Assembly (NCBI GenBank): GCA_000708835.1
Contig: DF237509.1
Coordinates: 1 to 58,111 of the forward strand
DNA from: Klebsormidium nitens
Taxonomy: Eukaryota > Plantae > Klebsormidiophyceae
Direction: 5' to 3'
Length of the DNA stretch: 58,111 nucleotides
Shown here: positions 24,457 to 37,800 of the stretch, one piece after another
Numbering within the stretch: the stretch's first letter is position 1
How the letters are laid out: every line of letters begins with the position of its first letter
Notes under the pieces: generated by a model
Told to the model about the DNA's origin: nothing
Databases searched by the model: none
The model's input: the letters and a program-made list of their open reading frames with translations, nothing else
Translations under genes and position numbers: made by a program

Positions 24457-24913
24457 GCCTATTCAGACCAAAATCGGGATGTGGGGTTTCTCAGGCAAAT
24501 CGCGCACCCGGGTCTCGAAATTGACATCCGACATCCGGTTTGAGCTATTCAGACCGACCGAGTCTCTGCTGACGTCGGGCACATCCCGGATGTCCAAAAT
24601 TTGCAAAAATCTGCACCTGGCCCTTTGGCAGAATGTCGATTGCGAAAAGGGGTTTCGCTGACGCACGGGGGGAACGATGAAGGCGGCAAGTTGCCGATCG
24701 AGCGGTCTTTTCACAATTTGTACACGCGGTGTACGCAAATCAGTACATATGAGTGAGGAAAGCTGACGTACAACATCCCACATCCGGAACCCGGGACCCG
24801 ATGCGGTCTGGATAGGGGTGCGGGGTTATTGAAACCCTGCAGTTTTCGGATTTGACAAACGTCACCAAAACCCCGTTCTGGACACCGAGACCCCGATTTT
24901 GGTCTGAATAGGC
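24457..24913. mobile_element. MITE-like non-autonomous element with 22-bp terminal inverted repeats
   Basis: GCCTATTCAGACCAAAATCGGG (24457-24478) and its perfect reverse complement (24892-24913). Internal partial TIR copies near 24545 and 24805 and several ACATCC repeats. No clear TSD. Confidence 0.6.
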
Positions 24914-25042
24914 TATTGAACTACAAACTGAAGTCGTACGGTATGCACGTCATGCGCATCATGCTTGCTGCCATTGCTTGCGCCTGGTGGGGTCGTCACC
25001 AATCCGGCTTCTCAATGAGCCACGTCACTACTTGAACTTGTA

Positions 25043-25307
25043 CCGTAGTGGCACGACCCATGCGCACCAAGAATAATTCGTAAGGCCTTGGTGCGAAATA
25101 TTCCGGAAATTATTATCACCTTGGTGCGAAAGAGCGGAAAGGAAATGAACCCAAATGAAGCCTGAATTCGCGTAGAAATGGGCTAAAATACTGTAAATTT
25201 GCCCTTGTGCGAAAAGAAAATATCCCCCCGAACCTTGGTGCGAAATCAGAAAAGCGAAAAAAACAATTTTCGTAAGAGCTTGGTGCGAATGGGTCGTGCC
25301 ACTACGG
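25043..25307. mobile_element. Tc1/mariner(pogo)-type MITE, 265 bp, with TA target duplication
   Basis: 29-bp TIRs CCGTAGTGGCACGACCCAT(G/T)CGCACCAAG with 1 mismatch. TA on both sides (25041-42, 25308-09). Internal TTGGTGCGAA repeats at 25088, 25121, 25235 and 25280, with a variant at 25205. Confidence 0.87.
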
Positions 25308-25547
25308 TACTTGGTTGAACCTTTAACGCTTCAGTAAGAGGTCTACCTTTACCGTGCAAGCGTCCGTCCCCGCAGCTCTAGATCTAGATCCTTGAGTTCC
25401 TGGCTCAGATGATTGCCCATTCTTCCCAGCTAGACTCCGCAGAGGCGTGTTGCTGTGCTGCACAGGTACACTGCATTGATTTGAATTGAACGTTCACTTG
25501 CCCCCGTACGTGCGGAGCTGCTTGTCTGGCTGGGCGCCACAGTCAGC

Positions 25548-28500
25548 ATGGTGGTGCTGGACCGAGCAGCGGTGGAGGCAGCAGATGTTGACGGCCAGCC
25601 ATGGGGTGGTGCGCTGAAGCTGGCGCTGCCGAACCGTGGCCTGTCAGACGTGGGCGTGCTGGGGCAGTGCCACCTGCTGCAGCGCCTCGACCTGGCGCAC
25701 AACAGCATCGCCAGCGTGCAGGTGCCACCGCACAAGGGCACCGCGGGCATCGCAAGAATGAAGCGCAGCATCTGGGAACATTATAATGTAGCTGAATTGG
25801 CCCAACATTGTAATGTGGTGCCACCACTTGGGAAGCACAACTTCATTGGTCGCTGTGCATTTGCGACTTGATGCCTTGATTGCAGGCCTGCTGCACACCA
25901 TACTGTGGAGTTTTAGGCCGCTGCTGATCAGGCCCACTTGTGTGCAGGCGTTAAGCAGCTGTGCAGCCCTACGCTGGCTCAACCTGACCCACAACTCACT
26001 GACCAGCCTTGATGGTCTGCAGAGCCTGACCTCCTTGAATGTAAGCCCTGCTCCTTCATATCCCTTGCCTCATAATGTTTCCTCCCAGTCTGACAGCTGT
26101 GATGGATGTCCAGCTGGCTGCTATTTCAATGGTCGCTGATCTTGCCAGCGTGGGCGTGCAGGTGCTGAACGTGAGCCACAACACCCTCTCCAGCCTCGAC
26201 GCTGTCACCAGCCTCCACTCCTTGAACGCCCTCATCGCCAGCGGTGAGCCCCAGTAGGCCTGACAGAGAGGCCGGTGATAAGCAGGCTGCTGCTGTATGA
26301 TGAGAGGCCAGCATTGAGAGGACCTGTGAGGTGGGAACTGATTGAGGACGGTGTCCTTCCCAAAACATAGTGGGGTGCTAAGGTTGAAGACCTTGCTCCA
26401 GCAGTGGGTTTAGGACTTCCCCTCTTTGGTTGAACCCACATCGGAACAGGCGTTCCAGACAGGAGGTGACCTTCTGGCACTGGCCCACAAGATTTGTCTT
26501 TATCCGCTCATCGTGGTGACACACCTTTCCTTTTTGGCGCAGACAATGAGCTCAGCAGCCTGCCGTCGCTGGCCCACCTCAGCCGCCTCAATACGTTAGG
26601 TGAGCCCCACACCACGCCCCAAAGCTGATTATAGTCTAGTCGCAACTGTTTTCGGGCTCCCGCCGGGGAAGCTCGCAAGAGGGGCTCTCAGGGCGGCAAG
26701 GAGGGGCTTCGAATGGGGGAAGGTACGGTAGACGGGGTTGGCCAGTGCCGCTCATCTCTATTTTGATTGGCGATGAGGATGGCTAGTGGCATTGGGCGCC
26801 GTTTTCCCCCCTGCTGCTGACATTGGGTGGCGCTGTCTGGCTGCAGTGGTGTCGTCCAACCTGCTGCCGTCGTTGGGCACCGCGCTTGCCGCATGCTCGT
26901 CCCTGCTCAAGCTGTCCCTCTCCCACAATGACGTCACCTCTCTCAAGGGCGCACTCCGCGGCTGCCCCGCCCTGCAGGAACTCCGCTTCGCACACAACTC
27001 CGCCAAGGTCAGCAACTCTGACGTCGGCGGTTGCCTCTCCCCTGACGTCTTGAGATGCTTTCAGCTGCTTGGCTGGCCCCCCGCAGCTCCTGCTAAGCAG
27101 CTCCCCTCGTTTCCCGGCCTGTGGTCGCCGGTGCCTAGGCACGGGCCTGCTCCGCTTGCCTGTGCTGGCTTGACCACGATCCGATGGCATACGAAACCCG
27201 TGAAGTTTCTGCTGACGCCCTCTGTCAGTTCGTTACTTAGAGGGCCTTGAAATTGGTTCATTCCGGCCCCAAAAACTGCTCATTCTTTCTCTAGGATGCT
27301 TTCCTTTCATTGTTTGTTCTTCCGCATCCTGGGATCCCTTAGCTCGCGGCCTGTCCACTGTTGCATCGCCGACAACTGGAAACATGCGCTCTGACCTCGC
27401 CTTCGTCCTTGTGTTATTCATCTTAGTCTGATGCCTTTGTTGGCGCTACCTGGCAGACACGCAAGGCTGAGCGACCCTCTTCGCTTGCTGCTCGCAGGCG
27501 CTCCCCTCCGACCTGGCTGCGCTGAGCTCCCTGCGCATCGTGGACGCGGGCCACAACGCGGTCAGCAAGTGGCGCGGAGTGGCGCTGCTGGCGGAGCTGC
27601 CCCGGCTGCGCCAGCTCAACCTGATGGGCAACCCGCTCACCGCGCACCCAGACTACCGCACCAAGGTCAGCCCGCCCCGCCGCCACCGCCTCTAAACATG
27701 CACTGCTCCGGCCCTGGTCGCGGCCGGCGTGCATGGTGCAGAGTGACTGGAGGAACGCCCCGCTGGCGGACATGCCCTGTCGAGTGCTCGAGGTGGCGCA
27801 CAATCTTATGTAGCAGTTACCTTGTGCAGGACCGCCATTCGAGGATTGTCTTCACTGCGATGAACGCACCCTACTCTTCACTAATCCTTGCTATACGCTT
27901 ACAGTCTGGACGTGGGTGCAGGTCCTGGAGTTGGCCCCCGGTGTGAGCGTGCTCGATGGCCGCAGGGTGGACCGCGATTACGTGCAGCCGCAGGGTGAGG
28001 CGCAGCCAGACACTGGGGCGGGCGGAATGGGGGACGGGGGAGAAGACGAGCGGACGGAACATAAGGGGCGGCCTGCGGGCGGACAGGGAGATGGGACACC
28101 GCAAGAGCGTACAGCCGAAAGAAGAAGAGGTTATGAAGAAAGCGGCAAGGGCAGCGAAGCAAGTGGCGGGGGTGCGGGGACGGCGAGCAACCACGAGCGA
28201 GACACCGGCCTACGAGAGGGCCGAAGCGCAAAGGAAGCGGGGGGGGCGCGGCCAAATGGAAAACGGAAACGAGGGCCTCGCGGAGACGAGGTAGAGCCAG
28301 TGCGGTTGGCAGACGGCGACCCCACGCCGGTGAGCGGTGAAAAGGCAGGGGCGGCAGACAAGGGCGGGGCAAAGGGAGGGCCGGCGAGGCAGGGCGGGGA
28401 GGGCACGGAGAGGCGGCAGAAGAAGCGGAAAGCGGAAGGCAAGCTGTCCGCAAAGGAGACGGGCGTGGTGAAGGTCGTGCTGCACGCGGAGAAGAGCGTC

Positions 28501-28614
28501 GGGAAAGGACAGGGCAAGAAGCCGGCACGCGCGCCGCTCTTGCCTGCTGCACAGCCGCTAGGGGCGGCCCTCGACGTGGGGCTGGGCGGCGGGGGGCCGT
28601 CGTCATGGGGGTGA
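25548..28614 (+). CDS. SDS22-class leucine-rich repeat protein with LRRcap and a K/G/E-rich low-complexity tail
   Basis: LxxLxLxxNxL repeats across exons 25548-25721, 25948-26040, 26162-26243, 26543-26599, 26847-27007, 27498-27665 (LNLMGNPL...DYRTK) and 27922-28614 (ends GGGGPSSWG). From memory it resembles Arabidopsis At5g22320; not verified. Confidence 0.85.
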
Positions 28615-31600
28615 CGCGCGGCAGCCGGGGGCACGAGCAGGCCGTTATTAGCACAGGCGGCCGACTGCCGCGACGTGCCGGCAGTGGGCTGCGGAGGCCC
28701 TGCGTGGCCCGCCGCACGCATTTAATAGAGGAGCTGGGAGCCAGATGCAAGCACGCCTCGCTCCAAGCGTCGTTTGCGCATACCAGGGCCAGCTCAGAAG
28801 ACGGTGGCCAAGGAGTGCATTTTGGAAAAAAACGCGGCTCTCGCTTGAACAGTGGTCAATTCGGCTGTCAGGCGCTTGGGAGATGGATTGCCGGAGCAAG
28901 TGAGCCGACTCGTTGTTTCAGTCATACAAAAAACTGCTCCTCCAGATTTCAAGCGGTCTTCCTTTGCGAACGATGTGCCGTCATGCTGTGCTGCCAACTG
29001 CTGAAGAATTTCTGTTCGGTGTTGTCGATGGGCCGACATGCTGGTCTTGCGGATGAACCTTTGTTTGAAAGGTGTCACCATAATGGCAACCAGGTTCATC
29101 GGTCGTTGATGGGCATGCGAGGCGAGTCTCCTTCTGTGATCCGTCACATGCTTGATGGAACGGGTACTTGCGTAGACACGTGAATCTCAATATCTTTGCG
29201 CTGTTGCGTTATGGCTGCTTGCAGAGCCCTAGCTGTGTTTATTTCTAAGCGCTTAGGTTTCCGCACACTCGGTTTTGCCGCAAACCAGTATCTCGATTTC
29301 GAACACGTGGCAAGGCGATATTAAAACTGTTTCGAGTAAACCTGACGGCACGAGGTGCCCGAACGTATTAAGCAAAAGCGAATGATACCACTCAAGTTCG
29401 GCGACATTGCCAACGTCTCGTGCATCTGGCAAAATCTCGAGCTAGAAATTGGATACCCTAGCTTTCGCCTTTGAACGGATGTCAGCTCTTGTTCGACAAG
29501 AAATCATTGACATCGTGTTGCCCTCGTGATATGACGACTGATTGAATTCGGTGAAGAAAGGGTGAAAACTATAAAATACTCAAAGCTAGAGAGTTGACGA
29601 CATCGAACCTGCAAAGTGAATGAAAGTTACCAGGAAAAATGCTTGGATTTAAGCGCAATGGTTGGTTGCACAATCGATCCTGGTACGCGCATCTTTCAGT
29701 GTAAAGCGGCCGTCAATTTCAACGTAGCCAAGCCGAGTCAACGGACTGCACACGCGTATGCAGTTGATCTATAAATGCAGATATCGGCACCGTACGTATG
29801 CCTGCGTTTAATGCAACATACTGCATGCGGCCGCCCTCGAAGCTGTAGCAATTAGGGCGGCTTGGGCTTAATTAGACAATTACACTCAACATGCAATCAG
29901 TTTTGCATGTACGATAGAATTTTCCCTGCGCATGCAGTGATGTATTTCAATATCATTTGGCAAGTTTGACCTCGCTAGCTAGTTCGTCAAGGATCGAATC
30001 ATACAACGTACCTGTAGTAGATACAATTAAGCAGTTGTACGTGCCGTCATGCTGCCACTTGCAGCCCCTGATATATAAGGCTAGTGGAGCCAACAGTTTG
30101 AGTGGACGCAATTCGATCGATGATCTTTCGCCCGGCCATATGCGAGATTCTGATCAGAAGATCGAGATACAAGGCATACCAGTACAATACAAGGTATGCC
30201 TTGAATCAAAAGATCACAATGCAATTGGCATGCATTGACGAAAAATCATATGGTGGCTCAATTGCATCAAAGATCTGGTTGAGTCACTGCCGCTAATGAT
30301 CCAAGTGATCAAAGGGATTTAGCTTACTTACAAACATGTGGTTGGCAAGCTTAGGATTATACACGGTTGGTACGTGCGTACAAGCTCGAACCTGTCAGAC
30401 GGTGGCTCATGCATGCACCTAATCAGTCGTGTAATTGACAGCATCTGAAGAAGCTGCCAGCACCTAATTCATAAAGTGTTCAATAAGTAAGGGAGTTTCA
30501 CCGCCAAAGAGATCAATAGGATACCCACAACAGTAAGTGTGCCATTTTGGCGGCCTCGCACTCACTGTCACCATTTTCCCATCAAAATTTTGAATCTTTA
30601 AGACTTGTTTTTTATAAGTTTAACGTGGAGGGCTGAAAGGCTGGAAAAGGAAGCTGAGTGCAATTTTTGCAAAGCCTGACGGGGAGTCGGTCCACGAAAG
30701 CCTGGAGAGGAAAGGACTCACACACTGCGCTATGCGACCGTCGATAGCAATGTTCGATCGACGGTTGGATCTGTTTGGTTCAGAGCTGCTTGACAGCCGT
30801 CGATAATTGTAACCACCGTGTACTTCCAAATAATTCAAGCTGCGGGAAACCGTCGATGAAGTCGACGTCATTTTACGGCCTCCTTGTCCTATCTATAGCC
30901 TGCCAGGCCGGAACTCGGTGCCTGGGATCGAAGTTTGCGCCAAACCTCACCGAGACTCAGAGCACTTCATTGCGCCATTGGCATTGGGTCGATTGGCTCT
31001 CATCGATCATCATTATGTGCCAGTTGGACATTGATTCAGCGCCGGCGTGCGAGGCGGCGAGGACGGAGAAAGCCAGCCACGTGCAGCACTCGTGTCACAG
31101 GCCTTGTGAGGCGAACTCGACAATCTGATTGGCTAGACGACAGTGAGGACACGATGCCTTTCTTCCAAGGTTGACAGCCTTTACCTGGGACCTCTATGTA
31201 GTAGGTCCTAGTGCATGAACCTCTTGAAAAAGCGTGCCAAGCTTGGGCTGTGCCGCTTTGTTCAGATAAGTCATCAGTTGAGCGGCAGGTATCGCCTAGG
31301 TATGTGCGCAACGTGCCGGCAGCTGTGCAGGCATAATGATGCTGCTTGACTTATCGATGCGTTGACGAAGTCTAGCCAACCAATTGACAACCGTATCATC
31401 AAAGTGATTGTTGAATTCGCATTGCGGTACGGTCATCAGCTCGTTCCAGAAAGCGGGAAGGTAGAACCGATCATGAGAAATAAGAAGGTTTGTATCTTTG
31501 CTAGCTTTGCTGCTTCGATTGGCCGACCCAGCTGCCCGGCCTCTATCAGCCTGATGGTGGAGTCCGGCAGACTTCGTTCCGCTCGTGCCAGCCCCCAATC

Positions 31601-31839
31601 AGACAGTCAGATTGAACGTTTCTCTGGAGGACTTGCCGCCCAGTCTCTAGCGGCCTTGATGGTCGCTCATTGGATTCTGCATCGGTTATCTGGCAAAAAG
31701 AACGTGTTTCTGGAGGCGGCTGCGAGTAGAGTCAGCACCTTGAGTGCATGATGAGAGTGGTGCCAGGTGTGCTCGAAGGCTTGCGGTTACCTGTGGTTCT
31801 GTTGGTGCATTGTGAGGGAAGCACGCGCGGGCCGCAACC

Positions 31840-34800
31840 ATGAAGGGCGGAGAGCAGGTGGCCAGCGTGCTGCGCAAGAGGTGAGCGCTCCCGCAGGGGT
31901 GCCTAGCCCCGGCATGCCCCCGGATTGCCTTATAGCCCCTCCTCAACAAAGAGAACTACACTACAGGGTGTACTCCTTTAGCCTGACCCACACTTTGTGG
32001 CGTGCACTGATATCCAGCCAGCCACGTCACCTTGCTGGTATCACAGCAGAGCCATGGGGAGCTTTCCACTCATGAATAGCTCTTCGATCTTGAACAGCTT
32101 CTGGTAAACGGATCAGCGTCGTGCATAGGTTGCAACACAATGCAATGGGCCGTGCGTATCGATGCCCTGCCCAGCTGTGCTGTCTGTGCCCCTGGCTTGC
32201 CCGCCATGCCTGCTGTGTACGGTGCAGGCCCGAGTTGCGCAGCGCCAAGGAGGTGGCCCTGGTGCACGCGGCGCTGCAGCCGCTGTCCTTCTACCAGCGC
32301 CTGCACCCCGACCCCACCGCCTGCGGGCCCGCACAGGCGCACCTCTGCCGCGCAGCGCTGCTCAGGGAACTGGAGCAAGAGGACACACGTGAGGGCGTGC
32401 AGGCCCAGTGGGGCAAGCCTTTGGGCCATGGCAGTTTGACTACACCCGCTTCTATCCTGAGTCTTTGCAGATTCGATCAGAGAGGATCACAGGGCCAGGC
32501 GGATACGGTCTGTGTAGGCACTCTTTATGCTGGTAATCTGCATATTGGCCATGTTGCAGCTGGTCTAGATCGACGTGGCCGCAAGAACAATCCAGAGTTT
32601 GCAGTGGAAGGACCCCTTCAGGGCGGCCCTCAGCCAAGGCTGTATCCAGTTCTGACAGTAGTGAGAGCGCGTGATCTTCCGCCATGCTAGACTCGTCCTT
32701 ATTACCGGTCTCCCGCTGCGTGTGCGTGTTATCTGACTGGCTTCTGTGGCTGTGGTCAGTGCACGAGGAGGGTTCCCCCGGCGTAGGCTTCTGCCTGATC
32801 CTGTCTGGGTCCCTGTCCGAGTACAAGCGCCAGTATGCCGCGCAGACCGGGGCCGGCCGCTACCTGCACAAGCTGGGGCCAGGCAGGGGCTTTGGGGAGG
32901 AGGCGCTCACACAGGCCCAGCCCAGGTAAGGCGCAGCAATTCAATCAGAGCTGGCCGCCGCGCTCAAGATAGCCCATTCGAGCATTGAGGCATGGGTAAT
33001 ACCTCGAAGCTGGCACCCATTGCGTGCTTTGTCTGCCATGTCATGGCTGTGTCAGCAGCCTCCTGTGCGTTCCCCTTGCTGACGTCTTGAGCCCCGTGCG
33101 CTTCTCAGGCTGCGCTCATCCACGCTGGTGGCGGCGGAGCCGAGCGAGCTGCTGCTGCTGCGGCGCGAGGACTACGTGGCCATGACGGCCATGGCGCAGC
33201 AGGCCCTGGCCGTCAGGTCAGCGCCACACCCACGCCCGCCCCGCCAGCTGACGGCCCCAGCTGGTACTGCCTGCACGTTTGTTGCTACACTGCGTCAACG
33301 TCGATTTGCTCTTGAAGTCGAACAATTCAGGTATGCCCTCCTTAGATAGCTTGCGCTGACAATTCCCGACACTGCCTCAGCCGGCAGCCTATGTCCGCTT
33401 CTCGTCTACCCCGTCCTTTTTCTCACCATCCTCCCGTTGCTGTGCCCAGCCCCGCCCTGCGCAGTGAGGACGACCTGCTGTGCCTGTTTGCGCTGGCGGC
33501 CACGCTGCTCTTCTTCCGCCCCGTCCCCCCCCGACCCTCCTGCAGCTGGCCCGTGCCCTGGAGCCGGCTTCCGCTGCACCGGCCCAGGCCGTCGTGGTGC
33601 AAGGCCAGCCCGGGGGGGCATTGTACGTGGTGCTGCACGGCAGCGTGGCCCCCCACCAGAGGCGGCGGGAGAGCTTGGGGAGTGTAACGGAATGGAGGAT
33701 GCAGGCCGGGGAGGCGGGACCCCCGGTGGGCGATGTGCTGCAAGCGGGGGACGCATTTGGCGAGGAGGCGCTGCTGCACGCAGACGGGTGAGGGGGGCAG
33801 GTTGTGACTTTCGGCACACCTGGAGACCAGACGGGACTTGAGGACGATAGCAGCTCAGATCTCAAGTCTTGACAGCTGGCAGGCCCCATGTTCGATAGCA
33901 CAGCTTGAGGCAGTTGGCCGTGCTTGGAGGTTGAAACCATGCAGAGGCAGGGAGCGGTGCGGACCCGACCTTCTTCACGGGGCCTCATCTGCTTGAGTTG
34001 ACCGATTCGAACGCAACACTTTGTTCTGTCTTCAACCAGCTGCGGCGCTTGACCGCCCCTTCCCTTGTGCGCCCAGGTGTTATTCGAGCACGTACGTGGC
34101 CGTGGAGGCGTGCCAGCTGGTGGCCATTCCGCGCGCCGCCTTCGACCGCGTGCTGCGCGGCTTGGGCTGCCACCTCCAGTACCAGCCAGGGCAGGTGCGC
34201 CGCACGCTCGCGCAGGCCCCGCGCAGGAGGACCTCCGCCGCAGTGCAAGGCCTTGCCACGCAGGTCAGCGGAATAAAGCGGCCGGAATTTTCACCCGTCG
34301 CTATACAGTCACTCCTTTTCTATGGGACCAGCTCAGAAAGCACGGTATGTCACGAGACGGGGCTCTCTCAACTACTAGCATTTCACATCTACAGAGCAAT
34401 AGTCCATGCGCTGCTCCATTATCTGACTATTTCTCACGAATACAATTCTTAAGACACCCCAACCTAAGTGCACAATAACCAAACGGTGGCATCCCGTTGC
34501 GTTTCTCAGATGCACGGCCTGGCCTTCTTCTCGTCCTTCTCCCCCGAGAGCGTGCGCCACCTCGCTGCGGGCTGCACGCTCGCGCACACGTACGCTGGGG
34601 ACCGCGGTGAGAGGCACATCCCCCCCTGCAGGGCCACACATTGCGAGTGTGTATGCTTGCCGGATCACGTTAGGCAATTGACAAATAAATGGTGCAGCGC
34701 GTCCGTGTAAGCTGCCGCTCATTGCTTCGCCCCTCGTCGTGCGTTTCCGATGGGAGAAACTGTGTCCAGCTGATCGAAACGCGACATTGATCTTCTTAAG

Positions 34801-37800
34801 CACGACATTGATCCTCTTCGTGTCCTTGCACCTTCTGTCGCGACCTCCGGAAGGCCCCACTTACCCCTGCCACGTGGCGCTCCCTGCTGCAGTGTTCGAC
34901 CAGGGCTCCGTCTCGAGCGCCTTCTACGTGCTCCTTTCCGGCGCGTGCTCCATCTACGTGCGCGACCACGACCCCGCACACCCCACCTCCGCGCGCACTT
35001 CTGAGGCTCCGCCCGCCAATTCGCTGGCCCGCCCCGGCTACGTCAGCTCTCCCGGGCTGCCCGGAAGCCCCGCAGGCGCACCTCCCGAGCGGACGCTGTT
35101 CTCCGACTCCACTCGGCGAGGCACCCGCACCACGGGCTCGAGCGGCAGCGACCTCCCGGACATGCACGCCGCCAGCCAGGCCAGTTCGGCCGTGGGGCCT
35201 CTCCCCTCGGTGCCCCTCACCGTGCAGCTCGTGGAGCCCACAGAGCGCGGGCCACGCCGGGGGGGCGGCCGCTTCGTGACCAGCAATAACGCCAGCCTGC
35301 CGTCGCCGCGCGCGTCATCCCCCTCCCGCCGGTCCCGCTTCGCCACGCAGGCCTCCGCCGTAACGGTCAGCGCGAACCAGTTGCCGACCGAAGTGTTCGT
35401 CTCTTTCTGCGCCGACCCCACATCGCCGCGCGGGGGCCTGAACCGGGTGCTTTTGGACCCCCTGGAGCGGCCGGACCCTGGCAGCTGCCCCGTATCCCCG
35501 CGAGCTACCTTGTTGCCGCCGGCTCTCGACGACCTCTCTTCGCTGCCTCGCGACACGCCGCGCCGCCGGATGGTGGCCGCGCCGTTCGTGCCCCCGCCCT
35601 GGCCCGAGGAGCCCGCCTCCGGTCGCGGCGGGGGCGGCTCGACAACTGCGCTGTCGCGGAGTCCTACCGTGAAAGGGAGCCGCTCCCAGAGTGTCACCAC
35701 AGGCACGTGCCCCTCTCGCCCCACGTCCGCCAAGGGATCCCCCCGGGGCGGTGGGCCCCGCGGCCTGTCCGACGAGGACTTCGGCAAGCTGGTGAGCTCG
35801 TTCCGGGGGGGCGCCAAGGTCGCGCCGGACCCCAGCAAGGGCGCGGGGGGGAAGGAGGCGCTACCGGCGCTCCGTAGTCGGCCCCGCGAGCAGAAAGGGG
35901 GAAGCGGGCCGGCCGAGCACGCGGATGGCGCCAAGCTGGGCGCAGGCACCTCGGGGGCGAGGCCGTGGAGAGGCTTCCTGCTTAGCGGAGGGGATGCTGA
36001 CGTGGACCCAGCAGGAGAAGCGAAAAAGAAGTACGGTCGCCTGGTGCGCACGTGTGTGGAGGGGGACGCTTTCGGCGAGCTAGAACTGCTGGGACCAGAG
36101 CCGCAGCTCAGGTGAGCAGTGGTCCACGTGCTCGGAGTATGGTCCGCGCGAGGGAAAGCGAGTGTCGGCTGTCGTAATTGGAAGCAAACGTCTAGTTGGA
36201 AGTCTGAGGCGAATTGACCGGCTAGATGGCTCCGTCGACCATGCACTGAAGGTTGCTCTTGCCCTCTCGTGCCCATCATGCAGCTTCTGGAGTACTGCGC
36301 TTTCAATACCGAGCACCTCAACCAGGAGTATCAAGCCCATGCATTTCCTCGCCTTCTGAAGCCACAGAAAGTTTCGAAGAGAGAGGACATGAAGGGATCT
36401 CCAACTTTCTGGCTGACCTTGGGCGTGGCTGCCCCGTCGCGGTGCAGGGCTGCCACGGTGGTGGCGACGGCGGCCAGCGAGCTGCTGGTCATCCCGCTGG
36501 ACGACTACCGCCGCCACATCCAGGTCAGCCCGCGCGCAAAATCCGGGGCAAGGTCCCGCCGGATGACAAACTCTGACGTTGAGCTGTGGGGAGTTATCGA
36601 AGTGTCGTATCAAACGAACACTTTGCCGAATCCAATCGCCTTTGGTCCGTTAGATACGAAGCGGACAGATTGGTGGCTCCGGGCTAGCAGGCGTCTCGCG
36701 CTGTTAGGATCAAGGAGTAGCAACCAGAGAAATGTACTATTTGCATGATAGGTGGCAGAAGCAAGATTCTTCTTCAATTGCATTCATCTTCATGAGCTGG
36801 ACTGCAGGACAAAGGGGATTGATGGCATGTTCACTGACTGGTCTCCGGTATAGCGGCAGACTTCCCTTCACATACACTCGAATCGTTGGGCAGAAGTTAC
36901 AAGAAAGTTGAGCACGCATGGTCGTTCCATTTTTTTCCTCCTTCAGCACCGGTTCTTCGTTGTTCTCACGGGAAAACCCTTTTCTCTACATTCAAGGAAT
37001 TCGCCACTGTAAGACGTCGATCTTTTGCATCATCTGAAAGGGACGGGTATCCGACCTCTGTGCCCCGCCGAATGTCCCAGATTGGTCTCTATATGAAGTT
37101 TTATTAAGCTCAACTATGACAAGGACGGATGAAGTTACCAAGCGCATTGAGGGTGGGCACGGCTGCGGAGCAGGCAAAATTTTGCGTTCATGTAATTAGT
37201 ATTATCTCGAGTCATATTGTAGCTTAAGCTTGTTATAAGTTTCGTCCAGAGCGCTGACCCGTTCCTTCGCCTCTCCCCTCAGCCCGCCCACGCTCGCCAG
37301 CTGGCTGCCCACTGCGACTTCTTGTCGTGCGTGCCGCTGTTCCGCGGCCTGCCCCCCGCCGCCCTGCGCGGGCTGGTGTACCGCCTGCGGCCGCGCGAGG
37401 TGACGGCCAAAGGCGCGCCGCTGCTGGAGCAGGGCCGCCCCGCGGACGGGCTGTACGTCGTGCACCGCGGGGACTGCGTCATCCGCGTGACGCCGCCAAA
37501 AGAGGCAAGCACCCGCAGTTGACGTCTCCTGGTCGAGACAGTGTAACAAATTGCTTGCTATTAACTGAACAAGAATCTGATTGCACAAGAAGCAGCCTCC
37601 AAAAGGGGTTTGGCCGTGACCCTACGCACATCCGTTGCGCTTTGAGGTTTGGTGCGCTGACCGTTGTAAAAGGCGTTTGTTCTGTACTGTTCAGCAACAG
37701 GTGAAACTACTCCACCCGCACTGTAAGAAGTGACGTGAACTTATGTTTGCGCCCCATTGCACCGCCCTTCAACCTCTTGAGTACGAAGGCCCATAGCCGC

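Noticed and set aside
25088-25289. Repeated TTGGTGCGAA units as a possible CRISPR-like array
   Set aside because: The repeats are only 10 bp, irregularly spaced, enclosed by TIRs with a TA duplication, and in a eukaryotic context with no cas genes.
35038-36321. 427-aa minus-strand ORF
   Set aside because: Antisense to the large GC-rich CNBD exon; low complexity with no domain.
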